DNA of 63,249 bases, the filler included, from Octopus bimaculoides (Eukaryota): assembly GCF_001194135.2 (NCBI RefSeq). It is 5 parts of 5 records of this genome, joined end to end, with 100 filler letters (N's around TTAATTAATTAA, not from the genome) between each part and the next. Parts side by side here need not be neighbours in the genome. Positions count along the whole stretch, not along the records: positions 1 to 19,436 come from NC_068996.1; 4 more parts are not named here. The stretch is one strand, 5' to 3'. Shown one piece after another: positions 1 through 11,765 of this stretch. A program made the translations under genes and the position numbers. The notes under the pieces are model-generated. The model saw nothing but the letters and a program-made list of their open reading frames with translations. It ran no database searches and was not told the origin of the DNA. Every line of letters starts with the position of its first letter. Position 1 is the stretch's first letter.

Positions 1-120
1 GCAACGGCCACGCTCGAAATGGTGTCTTTTATGTGCCAACCGCACAAAAGCCAGTCCAGGGGCACTGGCAACGATCTCACTTGGCTTGCCGGGTCTTCTC
101 ACGCACAGCACATATATATC

Positions 121-305
121 GTCGTCGTCGTTTAACGTCCGCTTTCCATGCTAGCATGGGTTGGACGATTTGACTGAAGACTGGTGAAACCAGATGGCTA
201 CACCAGGATCCAATCTGATTTGGCAGTGTTTCCACAGCTGAATGCCCTTCCTAACTCCAACCACTCAGAGAGTGTAGTGGGTGCTTTTACGTGTCACCCG
301 CACGA
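121..305 (-). mobile_element. Short element/SINE with RTE-like 3' tail
   Basis: Reverse complement of an RTE-type 3' end (tttaacgtccgctttccatgctagcatgggttggacg ... gcccttcctaactccaaccac) preceded by a (GTC)n tail; related copies at 6858, 8620, 9150, 16295. Confidence 0.7.
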
Positions 306-639
306 AGGCCAGTCATGCGGTACTGGCAACGGCCATGCTCATCTCGCTCGAGAAACCTCATGTGTCACCAGCACAAGAGCTAGTCCAGGGGCACTGGCAA
401 CGATCCCGCTCAGAAAGATTTCATGTGTCGCCCGCACATGAGCCAGTCCAGGGGCACTGGCAATGATCCCGTCCCGCTCAAAACATTTCATGTGTCACCC
501 GCACAAGAGCCAGTCCAGGGGCACTGGCAACGATCTCGCTCGAAAGATATCATGTGTCGTCCGCACATGAGCCAGTCCAGGGGCACTGGCAACGATCCCA
601 CTCGAAAGATTTCATGTGTTGCCCGCACATGAGCCAGTC
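306..639. repeat. Minisatellite, 62-67 bp unit, running into an N gap
   Basis: gagccagtccaggggcactggcaacgatc starts at 377, 440, 507, 569 and 631; a related unit lies near 49. Confidence 0.9.
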
Positions 640-1001
640 NNNNNNNNNNNNNNNNNNNNNNNNNNNNNNNNNNNNNNNNNNNNNNNNNNNNNNNNNNNNN
701 NNNNNNNNNNNNNNNNNNNNNNNNNNNNNNNNNNNNNNNNNNNNNNNNNNNNNNNNNNNNNNNNNNNNNNNNNNNNNNNNNNNNNNNNNNNNNNNNNNNN
801 NNNNNNNNNNNNNNNNNNNNNNNNNNNNNNNNNNNNNNNNNNNNNNNNNNNNNNNNNNNNNNNNNNNNNNNNNNNNNNNNNNNNNNNNNNNNNNNNNNNN
901 NNNNNNNNNNNNNNNNNNNNNNNNNNNNNNNNNNNNNNNNNNNNNNNNNNNNNNNNNNNNNNNNNNNNNNNNNNNNNNNNNNNNNNNNNNNNNNNNNNNN
1001 N

Positions 1002-1049
<48 letters not shown>

Positions 1050-1058
<9 letters not shown>

Positions 1059-1240
1059 TCTGACAGAGTTGTTAGTACACTGGGCAAGATGGTCAGTGAC
1101 AATTTTCCCATCTTTACATTCTACGTCCAAATTCTTCCAAGGTTGACTTCACCTTTCATCCTTTTGGAGTTGATAAATTAAGTACCAATTGAATGCTGGG
1201 ATCAACTAGATCCTTATCGCAAAATTTCAGGCCACCTGTG
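1050..1240 (+). mobile_element. Degenerate SINE (family B, ggcggcgagctggcagaa-type head)
   Basis: Diverged match to better copies at 48569 and 33640 (gacttcacctttcatccttttggagttgataaattaagtacc). Confidence 0.6.
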
Positions 1241-1779
1241 ACTGTCTCTTAGTTCTACAATATGAACCTTCCTGTTTAAAATGATCTAAATTAAAACTTC
1301 CCTTCAAAATTACATATTGGATTATGTTCTGGACACAAACTTACAGATGACAAAGGTATTTTATTAAATTCCTCATTAAGTGAAAAAAGAAAGAGACTAG
1401 GTAATAAAAAGTTAACAAAGTGAGCTTATTTACTATAAATATACTGAAATCCTAATTTAACAAATTGGAATCCTTTACAGAGCAGATAATTAGAAATTCT
1501 TTAGAGAATTAATAAAAGTAGTTTTGTAAAATAGACCTTATGTAATATTGTAAATGCAAAAGCTGTAGTTAATAAAAACAAGATTGATGTCTTTCAGTAG
1601 TTTGGATGTAGGTTAACTATAAGAAAAGTCACTTTTCACATTCACTCGGTTCTTTTCCTGAAAGCTGTTTAAAAAACACATACAAGACAAGGTGAACACT
1701 TTCAACAAAGGCATTATATTAACCAAAGAACAATATCAAAGCCAGTGTATGATGGTAAATTATATATATATATATATAT

Positions 1780-2140
1780 CGTGTTGAGTCAAAAGTTTTG
1801 CCACATTTTGGTAACTTATTTGCCTCATTCCTCAAGTTACCACAAAATCATCCTAACAGTCAAAGTAGAGACCATCGTGTTGCATTGTCTGAAGCCACCT
1901 TTCTGCCATTTCTTTGATCCCTAGTTGATACTAGTTCTTGTCCTTTGAGGTGAAGAAATCCTTCACTGAAGCTTCCACCTCATCTTGGTTGATTATTCAT
2001 CATAAGTGCAGAAAGTGAACCATTGTTTGGAACAAGTAATAATCCAAGAGAGATATTTTTCCACAATCCTAGATGTCACAAGCAATGGCTAAGCAAGGGC
2101 CAGTTTCCAGAACTTGCTGCCAAACACAGTCGTTTTGAAC
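1780..2140 (-). mobile_element. Mariner transposon 3' remnant
   Basis: Same terminus and C-terminal coding segment as the copies at 12780 and 16560 (EASVKEFF..K.KN.YQLGIKE...RWLQT.QHDGLYF). Confidence 0.7.
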
Positions 2141-2149
2141 ACAGTGGAA

Positions 2150-2440
2150 ATATGAGGGGATGATTCACTACAAATTCTTTCTGGATGGTTGAACCATTGA
2201 TGCTAATCCGCATTTTGAACAGCTGGAGCAGATGCATGGCATTATGCAGCAAAAATACCCAGCATTGGTGAACAGAAAATGAGTACTTCTGCAACAAGGC
2301 AACAAAAAACTTTATTTCACTTGAATGGCCTGGAGAGAATTGAAGTGATGCCACACCCAACATACAGAATGGATCTGGTTCCTTTGGTTTATTACTTGTC
2401 CAACCAGATCTAAGAGTTAAAAGGCTTATTTGAATTGCAT
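2150..2440 (+). mobile_element. Mariner transposase remnant (catalytic region), opposite strand
   Basis: Translates as QLEQMHGIMQQKYPALVNRK*VLLQQ...IEVMPHPTYRMDL, matching the mariner PALVNRK..VLL.QDN...HPPYSPDL region. Confidence 0.65.
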
Positions 2441-2867
2441 TCATAGGGGATGCACTTCACATTCCACAGAATGGTGTAATTAATACATGATATGCAGGTT
2501 ATTGCTGAGGACATTATGCATGTTTGGTCAGTCAATGCTCAGGACAGTGAGGCTACATCATGTAATCCTTTATCATGGATTTATGGTTCCTTGTACTGCT
2601 TTATTCTGGTACTCCATAAAATGTTGCTGACACAACCAAAGGTGGGGTGTATATATATATATATATATATAGGTGGATAGGATGAGAAAGAAATTCATGC
2701 ATGGTTACAGAGAAATGGATATTCAGTCACAAAACCATACTAAGGGTAGGAAAACTATGAGAATTGCATGAGTGTTACCTTCATGTCAATCGTAAGGCCT
2801 GTAGTGTACTCGCATAACCGTTTGTAGTTCAGATATTTTCTAATCCAGTAATTTTATTGTAAAGTTC

Positions 2868-3226
2868 TACTCATTCAGTGTGTCCTGTAAATTCTAATTC
2901 CTTACATACAACCTGCAACCTACACATCATCATCAGCATCATCATCATCAGCATCATCATCATCAGCATCATCATCATCAGCATCATCATCATCAGCATC
3001 ATCATCATCAGCATCATCATCATCAGCATCATCATCATCAGCATCACCACTATTACCGACACCATCATCATCATAACCCTCATCGTCATTGTCATTGCCA
3101 TCACCATCAACATCATCATCATCATCGTTTAATGTCCATTACTGACGACGATGACAACGATGATGATGTATAGTTTGCAGATTGTATGTAATGAATTAGA
3201 ATTTACAAGACACACTGAAAAGAGTA
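2868..3226. repeat. About 65 bp inverted repeats enclosing a (CATCATCATCAG)n/(CAT)n array
   Basis: 2868-2933 tactcattcagtgtgtcctgtaaattctaattccttacatacaacctgcaacctacacatcatc matches the reverse complement of 3159-3226 with few mismatches. Confidence 0.85.
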
Positions 3227-4029
3227 ATCCTACAAGGATGCCTACTACCCTGATATGGTATGGCATATTTCAGTGCTGACCATTTCAATTTGCAGCAAAT
3301 CTTAGAATCTCTCAAATTATTGATAATCTCAGCTGGTGAAGCAGAGTTCCTAAGTACTTAGTCGGAGGTGTGCTTATGCATATTAATGCATTGTTTCATA
3401 GGATTAACTATGCTAATGTGAAATTTACAACAACACTGAGTTAATAGCTTTCATTAATATCATTTATATATTATTCCATGCATTCACATATGATGTGTGT
3501 TTGTGTGCATGCATGTGCGTGTGCATGCATGTGTATATTTATGTGTATATGCATGTATATGTATATTTCTTGTGTCTTGGGAGGGTCATTGCACCAACAA
3601 TAACACACACATTGGTTCAGTATCACTCTTTTATTGTTAGTTTATTGGTTAAATATCTAACCAACTGACTAATTGATTGTTTGTTATTGCGTGTGTCTTG
3701 GGAAGGTTATTATGCCAATAGTGACTCTCCCAAGACACCACAACATTTGTTTCCACAAAGGAATTCACATCAACAATATTGCAAACCAATTTCAAAAACA
3801 CATATATACATATGTATATGTATATATAGAAGAGTTGAAAATGCACTGGGAGTCTTTTAGATGGTTTATCTTCAAAGGCTTAACCAGTTTCATAGATTTT
3901 TTGATTTTCAAAAGCTGAGAGAAGGGCTATGCAGTAACTGTCTTGCTTCTGACTGGAGTTCAAAATTTCTTTTGTTTTTATGGAGAGAACATGACTCAAA
4001 TTAGTATCTGTTTCGGATATGATTTGATT

Positions 4030-4390
4030 GGCAGAAGATGATCATGTGATTAGGCTTAGAAAGTTTTGTAAGTTCCCTTGCTATGTTTGTGCATTAATGT
4101 CATGTGACAATGTGTTTGGCACTGTAAGTTAAGACTGACATGATTCAGTGAATATGGCTAGTGACAGTCTCAAATAATCAAGGCTCCTGAATTTAATCTG
4201 TCAAATCTGGAAGAAGATGATCAAGTGCTTATGTTTAAAAATTTTTGTAGGTTCCCTTCTACGCCAATACATAAATACCATGTGACAATACTTTTTGCAC
4301 GGGAAATTAAGGCTGACATGGTGTCTAGTGACAGTCCAAAACAATCAAAGATCTCTAGATTTAATCTGTCAAAAGTTGGAGAGGACAAGA
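4030..4390. repeat. Two diverged tandem copies of a 165-180 bp unit
   Basis: gaagatgatca...gttccctt...catgtgacaat...ctgacatg...gtgacagt...tttaatctgtcaaa occurs twice. Confidence 0.7.
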
Positions 4391-4579
4391 GTTGTTTGTA
4401 TGTTGTCCAATGGCTGAGTCGTATGTATTTATGTACATAGGTATGAAATTTTGTTCTCCACTAAATTTGTGTGTTTGTGTCGTATGAGAAAAAGTCATTA
4501 TTGTGCCCAAAGTCAAACATGTCGATTGGCAGAAAGAGTTTGTGTGTGAATAGTCACTGGTGAATGTACTTTGTTAAAG

Positions 4580-5135
4580 GTTATTTAGTCTTGGTTTGTA
4601 CTTTAAAACGAACATTTTTTCTTTGTTTCTCCAATGCTTGATCTGTGATATTGACTGAACAAAGGTAAAACGGGAAGACTTGGAACTTGGGAGACCTAGT
4701 CTTTGCACGTATGTCTATGTGGCCAGTGGGATTTGTCTACCACTGGGGTCTCACATTTGTTGATGATGAATAGTCAATCTACATCTGAGAGTATGTTTCG
4801 TTTGGCCTATGTAATTTTTGTTATATCCTTTACATTTAATAGCATATATCAAATTTTTTGACAAACAGGTAAAATGTTTTTTTTATGGTAAAAATCTGTC
4901 CTTATTTAAATTTATGTTTTGTCTTCAATGAGGTTGGTGTGGGGTTTGTGGAGTGTAATTTAGTACTGATGAGTAACATGAGAGATTTTGATTGTCTTTT
5001 GCTTCTGATTATTTTGAGTGCTTGTTTCATGTTCATGTCTGATCCCAGTTGTGAAAGGTTCTGGTGGATAATGTCTTTAGTTCGCATGTTGTAATAAAGA
5101 GTATTGGAGTGTATCTGAAGTGCTTTTTGTCTTTT
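4580..5135 (-). mobile_element. Penelope-like element remnant (linker plus GIY-YIG endonuclease), frameshifted
   Basis: Minus strand reads IIRSKRQSKSL...FTCLSKNLIYAIKCKGYNKNYIGQTKHTLRCRLTIHHQQ, a PLE-type GIY-YIG motif; resembles the 59840-60330 copy. Confidence 0.8.
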
Positions 5136-5289
5136 ATAGTTCTAGAAGTTTTGTTGAGCTTTCCCTGCTAGATCTCACATCTGTGATTCAATTGATACAG
5201 GTATTCCAAGCCACAACTTCTTGCTCCCTACCATGTAGAACATTGATGGTGTCGTCTTTCCTCTTGCTGTATGAATCATATGTAAGATT

Positions 5290-6125
5290 AATTGATTATG
5301 TAACCTTTCTTGGTGTAATACCAGTCTGCATGGACTCAGGACATGTTCCTCTGTTTAGTTTGGCAGAGTGGGTCATTTATCCCATTTCAGATGTGAGTTT
5401 GAGGGCAGGAAGTCATAGACAGATGTGAGGATGAAGCTGATCCTAAGAGGAGCCATATGTCATATGTTATTCTGGCTGAGACTTCTTTGGAATGTATTCA
5501 GGGCAGCTGGAACAATGTTGGGCTGCCTTCTGGATTCTTTTAGCATCCTCTTCCCTCATCACATCCTGTATCACCATTTTTTTCTTTGTTTTGTCTGTTT
5601 TCTTTGAACACTATTCCATTGATTATCTATTAATTGTGTGTATCCAGTTATTTCTTTAGCTTTGACATTGTCTTTGCTATATTCACTGCCTACGGAACTT
5701 TCAATCCTTTGCCAGTTCTCAGTTTTGGTTGGATTGATCTTATAATCTTATCTCCTGAATCTTCAAGCATTCATAAGAAATCTGCTTTTCCAGTCATGTG
5801 CTCTTTCACATCTAACTCTATGAGAAACTTCAGCTTTGCCTAGTGAAAGTAGAGACCAACATCAAAGAGGCCAGCGAGGCCACCAAGTCATTTCATGGCC
5901 TTCATCACTTCCACTGATCTAGAGCTGATATCATACACCAGCAAAAATTAGGGCAACTCTAATACCAGTATGAACTGCAGATACCAGAATGTGTATTTGC
6001 AAGAGAGGCTCCATAAATATCTTGTCTGCGAGCTCTCTTCCATTTCCTTGGCTTCATTTACCATTTTAGTGCAATTCAGGGAGTTGCAATACCAGCTTTG
6101 AAGAACTTTGAAGTTCTTCAACCAA
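5290..6125 (-). mobile_element. HERO/NeSL-like (RLE-class) non-LTR retrotransposon remnant
   Basis: Minus-strand peptides KYTFWYLQF, DKIIRSIQPKLRTG, HMAPLRISFILTSVYDFLPS and PLCQ...EHVLSPC (CCHC finger), recalled as typical of HERO C-termini; many stops and frameshifts. Confidence 0.7.
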
Positions 6126-6812
6126 TGGAATTATTTAATTTTATATCACTCCTCCTCCTCCTCCTCCTCCTCNNNNNNNNNNNNNNNNNNNNNNNNNNNN
6201 NNNNNNNNNNNNNNNNNNNNNNNNNNNNNNNNNNNNNNNNNNNNNNNNNNNNNNNNNNNNNNNNNNNNNNNNNNNNNNNNNNNNNNNNNNNNNNNNNNNN
6301 NNNNNNNNNNNNNNNNNNNNNNNNNNNNNNNNNNNNNNNNNNNNNNNNNNNNNNNNNNNNNNNNNNNNNNNNNNNNNNNNNNNNNNNNNNNNNNNNNNNN
6401 NNNNNNNNNNNNNNNNNNNNNNNNNNNNNNNNNNNNNNNNNNNNNNNNNNNNNNNNNNNNNNNNNNNNNNNNNNNNNNNNNNNNNNNNNNNNNNNNNNNN
6501 NNNNNNNNNNNNNNNNNNNNNNNNNNNNNNNNNNNNNNNNNNNNNNNNNNNNNNNNNNNNNNNNNNNNNNNNNNNNNNNNNNNNNNNNNNNNNNNNNNNN
6601 NNNNNNNNNNNNNNNNNNNNNNNNNNNNNNNNNNNNNNNNNNNNNNNNNNNNNNNNNNNNNNNNNNNNNNNNNNNNNNNNNNNNNNNNNNNNNNNNNNNN
6701 NNNNNNNNNCCTCCTCCCACCATCACGACGACGACAATAACGAGGATGATGGCCACCACCACCACCACCACCACCATCGCCGCCGCTGCCGTCGTCACCA
6801 TCATCGTCATCG

Positions 6813-6857
<45 letters not shown>

Positions 6858-6859
<2 letters not shown>

Positions 6860-7100
6860 GTTTAACGTCTGTTTTTCATGCTGGCATGAATTGAATGGTT
6901 TAAAAGGAGCTGGCAAACCAGAGAACTGTACCAGGTTCCATTTGTCTGTTTTGGCATGGTTCCTACAGCTGGATGTCCTTCCTAATGCCAACCTCTTCAC
7001 TAAGTGTTCTGGGTGCTTTATATGTGGTACCAGCACAGGAATTTTTTTGATAAAGCACCAGGACAGGTGCTTTTTTATCTTGTGCCAACCACATAATGTG
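6858..7100 (-). mobile_element. Short element with RTE-like 3' tail and (CAT)n tail
   Basis: tttaacgtctgtttttcatgctggcatg...ggatgtccttcctaatgccaacc, adjacent to (CAT)n at about 6720-6858. Confidence 0.7.
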
Positions 7101-7154
7101 TATGTAGCATGTATCTTTGTATGTATGTATGTATGTATGTGTCTGTCTGTCTGT

Positions 7155-7206
<52 letters not shown>

Positions 7207-7229
7207 ATCTGTCTGTTTGTCTGTCTTTG

Positions 7230-7261
<32 letters not shown>

Positions 7262-7284
7262 TCTCTATCTATCTGTCAATATCC

Positions 7285-8372
7285 ACTAAACGGAGGGATG
7301 GGTATGCCGTGATTGATGGTACGCAGACATGTTCTGAGACTGCGACATCTCCAACCTTTCATAGACGACGATGAACAGGTGTGGTCTCCGTTTGTGAGAC
7401 ATGCCTTCCTGCCGCTCGTCTCACTGACCCAACTGCAATCATGGATCAAGCAGAGACTGAGGCTGGACGAATGGCACCGCGAGTGTTACCATGCTCTCTA
7501 GCAGCTTTGCTGTCTGGGATCAAATTTTAATTCCACAAAGGCGTTTTATAGGGAATTAGTGGAGGAGAGATGCGACAACGTTCTTGGTGAGATCCTGGGC
7601 ATAAACGGGGAATACCTAACCCGACCAGGACCTACAAACAATTTCCAGAGATCCCTGGCCTGGCAGTGCTATCAGGAAGCATTGTCCATTTGAGATAAGC
7701 TCTACAGACACGGCTCAAGAAACACCGTTCTGTGCACACTCGTACAATGTCCAAACATTTCAGACTTGTGGGCCTATGTCAAACGGTTGCTGTCACGTGT
7801 GGGACGAATTCGGTTGTCAGCAGAATCTATATTGTCCCGCCACCTTCCTTTAACTGGGAAGGCAAAGCAGTTTTCACTGTACTGGTGGCTATGGTGAAAG
7901 AATATGTATGGTGGACTCGTTTGAAAGGCTTAGAGACAAATACTTCTCTCTTTGGCCAACCTCTCATCAACTTTTTCAAGTATTACTTGAAAACGAAAGA
8001 GTAGAGAGGGAAGTTTTGTCAAATGAAAAATTTAACAAAAGGTGGGTGAATGTGGTAAGGATAGTACGCATGAATGATGGAACCACCTTGAGCATGATCC
8101 TATAAAACAAAAAGAGAAAGGGCAATTTGCTCTCATGATTTTTTCTGAGGTTACCGTGGTTGTTTTTGTAGGTTTTTCTTTCCATGGATAACCCTAAGTC
8201 AGTGTTATATTTTCTTCCACCTTTTGGGAATTTCTGTTGTTAAAAGGTTACCTTGTTATCTCTTTGTGTACACGTCTCAAAATGTTTACGATCTCTATTG
8301 ATCGGTTTTGAAAAGAAAAATTCTACATTGGATTGTCTCCTTTGTGCTTGGCCCTGTTCGGCTTAATAAAGA
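7285..8372 (+). mobile_element. Tx1/L1-like LINE, 5'-truncated 3' end with UTR and AATAAA
   Basis: Broken ORF2 C-terminus (DKLYRHGSRN...VQCPNISDLWAYV...KEYVWWTRLKG...FNKRWVNV), then a UTR ending aataaagaaa and (TATC)n. Confidence 0.75.
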
Positions 8373-8373
8373 A

Positions 8374-8421
<48 letters not shown>

Positions 8422-8434
8422 GTCTGTCTGTCTA

Positions 8435-8469
<35 letters not shown>

Positions 8470-8472
8470 TTA

Positions 8473-8517
<45 letters not shown>

Positions 8518-8619
8518 GCCTGTTTGTCTTTCTCTCTCTCTCACTCTCTTTCACTCTCCCTCTATCTGTCTATCTATCTACACACACACACACATGTGCA
8601 CTTACATACATCCTCCTCT

Positions 8620-8790
8620 TCCTCCTCCTCATCTTTCAATATCCACTTCCTATGTTGGAATTGTCTGGATGGTTTATCAAGGAATCAATGACTCAAAGGA
8701 CTGCATCATGCTCCAATGTCTGCTTTGGCATCGTTTCTACTGCTGGATGCCCTTCCTAACACCAACCAGTGGTGTTTTTTAGTGTCATCA
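8620..8790 (-). mobile_element. Degenerate RTE-tail element
   Basis: tttggcatcgtttctactgctggatgcccttcctaacaccaacc. Confidence 0.6.
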
Positions 8791-9029
8791 GTTCTAGTGA
8801 GGTCGCTATGCAGCTTGCAAAACTTAGATCCTTTTCAAATGAGTGGAACAACAACAGAGAGGGAAGCAGCTTTGTGATAAGAGATGTGAAAGGTTAAAGT
8901 ATAAGAAAAAAACAAAAAAAAAAACAGAGCCAAAACCTGTTGAAGAAATACTTGGTTACTCATATTATAGAAGAGTGGGTGGGAGTAACCATGGCAGAGC
9001 TGTAAAGAGAGATAAAATAATCTTTTCTA

Positions 9030-9150
9030 CCATAGGCATAAGGCCTGAAATTTTTGGGGTGGCCATAAGTCGATTACATCGACCCCAGTGTATCTCTGGT
9101 ATTTAATTTATCGATCCCGAAAGGAGGAAAGGCAAAGTCGACCTTGGCAG
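9030..9150 (-). mobile_element. SINE family B fragment
   Basis: cgattacatcgaccccag...atcgatcccgaaaggaggaaaggcaaagtcgacc. Confidence 0.7.
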
Positions 9151-9345
9151 AGAGAGATCAAGTAATGGTGATGAAGTACCAGGGCAGACTCTGAAGATGT
9201 AAGAAGGTTATCTACAACGAATGGTGACAAAAGAACTGGAAGTGAAGATGGGTAGTCTTCTACCTGGCTGGCTTCTGTCAACCCATCCAGCTCATTCCAA
9301 CGTATAAGGTGGACTTTAAACGATGGTGATGATGATGATGATGTA
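9150..9345 (+). mobile_element. Degenerate RTE-tail element with (GAT)n tail
   Basis: tctgtcaacccatccagctc...ggactttaaacgatggtgatgatgatg. Confidence 0.55.
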
Positions 9346-9424
9346 CATGGAGAGTGAGAAATGGTTAAAGATGTTGAATACCTGAGAGTGGGAGGAAGTG
9401 ATGAAGAACAAAGGTTAAAAGTGT

Positions 9425-9800
9425 GTTTATCATTTACGTTTTACCTGTCTCAGTCACCAGACTGCTGCCATGCTGGGGCATCTGCCTTGGAGAACTTTTT
9501 TAGAGACAAATAAATTGGCCATAGGACTTGGTTTTTTTAAAGCCTCGTAGTTACTCTGTCAGTTTCTTTCACTGAACCGCTATGTTATGGGGATGTTAAC
9601 ACACCAGTACCAGTTCTCAAGCAGTGGTGGGGAGCACAGTCACAAAGACACACACAAATACACACAAATAAACAGACAGACAGACACACACACACAATGG
9701 GCTTCTTTCAGTTTCCATCTACCAAATCACAAGTCTTTGGTCAGCCTGAGGCTATAGTGAAAGACACTTACCCAAGGTTCCACAAAGTGGTTAGGAAGAG
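9425..9800 (-). mobile_element. SINE family A (internal microsatellite)
   Basis: cttctttcagtttccatctaccaaatc...ggctatagtgaaagacacttacccaagg; matches the 52448 copy. Confidence 0.75.
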
Positions 9801-10688
9801 TAGTTGATGACTGTAAAGACTGGTTAGGGTTGAGGGGTGGGAGTAAAGCAGAGGGATGATTGATGATAGATATATGATTGGCAATGGTAGGAGAGTGTAG
9901 ATAATGACTGACAGTATAGAAGCAAGTGAGAAGTAACAGAAAAGTGATAATACAGTACCCAGGGAAAGGATGATATGAAGATGACGTGTGAGTGAGTAAG
10001 TTACATGTGAGTGAGAGGAGAGGCAGATGTAGTGCTGGGGTAGAGTAAGAGATGTACAGTGTCTGAGAAAGGGAGATAATTTGGTTGCACAAAAAAGGTG
10101 ATAAATGTAAAACATGAGAGGAGAGGGCCGATATTAAGAACAGAGTGGCTGATGAGTGAAGTGGTTCTGGGAAGTGACAAAATGATGATGAGATATGCAG
10201 CTCTGTTCTCACTTAATTACAGTAGCAGAAGGTAATATATGGCACATTGATAGATAGATGGAAGGTAGTGTGGAATATATCTATCTATCTATATATGTAT
10301 ACATACATGCACATGTGTATATACACACATATCCCCTCTGCATATATGTAATATATATATATATATATATATATANNNNNNNNNNNNNNNNNNNNNNNNN
10401 NNNNNNNNNNNNNNNNNNNNNNNNNNNNNNNNNNNNNNNNNNNNNNNNNNNNNNNNNNNNNNNNNNNNNNNNNNNNNNNNNNNNNNNNNNNNNNNNNNNN
10501 NNNNNNNNNNNNNNNNNNNNNNNNNNNNNNNNNNNNNNNNNNNNNNNNNNNNNNNNNNNNNNNNNNNNNNNNNNNNNNNNNNNNNNNNNNNNNNNNNNNN
10601 NNNNNNNNNNNNNNNNNNNNNNNNNNNNNNNNNNNNNNNNNNNNNNNNNNNNNNNNNNNNNNNNNNNNNNNNNNNNNNNNNNNNNNNN

Positions 10689-10721
<33 letters not shown>

Positions 10722-10762
10722 TATATAAATATATATATACATATATATATATATACATATAC

Positions 10763-10816
<54 letters not shown>

Positions 10817-10819
<3 letters not shown>

Positions 10820-11499
10820 CTGATAATGAAGAAAACAAAGAATTGGAACATTCAGACTTCCTGCTTGGTTTATTCAAAATAATTGTCCGACACGTGTTTC
10901 AGTCCTATCAATTGCAAATTGCTACATATTTATTTGCAGGGATTTATGCATAGAAATGTATGATCTCTTCAGGGTGAATGAATATGTCATTGTTCAAGAA
11001 GTAATTCTCCTTGTTATAAGTTTGAATCAGGCTTGGTAGTGGTGGTAGTAAATCATGTTGCTATTCATAACTGATTGTTTGTGTAAAATCTATTTAAGAT
11101 ACCACGTGACTATAAGGAATGTAGAATGATTCAAAGGAAAAATGTTCTATAAATAACCACTCCCAAACGGTCCAGTAAAATTTGTCAACAAAGATTGCTG
11201 TTGGTGCTACCAGACTTTTATACAAACAATCAGTTGGGAATAGCAACTCATCATTGAACATGATTTACTGCTACTACTACTACCACTACCAAGCCTGATT
11301 TACAGGGAGAATTACTCCTTGAACAATGACATATTCATTCACCCTGAAGAGATTGTACATTTATATGCATAAATCCCTGCATAGAAATGTGCAGCAATTT
11401 GCAATTGATAGGATTGAAACACGTGTCGGACAATTATTTTGAATAAACCAAGCAGGAAGTCTGAACATTCCAATTCTTTGTTTTCCTTATTATCAGTAT
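10817..11499. repeat. Long inverted repeat (arms about 270-285 bp, spacer about 125 bp) with hammerhead-like core motifs
   Basis: 10817-11089 matches the reverse complement of 11214-11499 with scattered substitutions and a few indels; each arm contains CTGAAGA ... GAAACACGTGTC. Confidence 0.9.
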
Positions 11500-11664
11500 T
11501 GTCATTTTACACTCTAAGTAGCCAGGGAATAAACTGTAACATTGGATGGTAGTTTTTAGAAAATATACCTTAAAAAGGACCATCAGAAGAAACCAGTCTT
11601 GGCACTTTACATAGAGTAATGCATTATCTGCCTGGATATTCATATCCCACCTCTAACAATATAT

Positions 11665-11765
11665 TTATATATGTATAGATATGTATATATGTATAGATAT
11701 GTATATATGTATAGATATGTATATATGTATAGATATGTATATATGTATAGATATGTATATTTGTA
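11665..11765. repeat. 12-bp tandem array (TATATGTATAGA)n
   Basis: Direct reading. Confidence 0.9.

Noticed and set aside
306-639. CRISPR-like array
   Set aside because: Whole units repeat with no unique spacers, there are no cas genes, and the context is eukaryotic.
3285-3360. Possible small exon on either strand
   Set aside because: Weak donor sites and no recognisable peptide.
3696-3739. 11-bp-arm hairpin gtgtcttggga...tcccaagacac
   Set aside because: Short and isolated, with no further structure to interpret.
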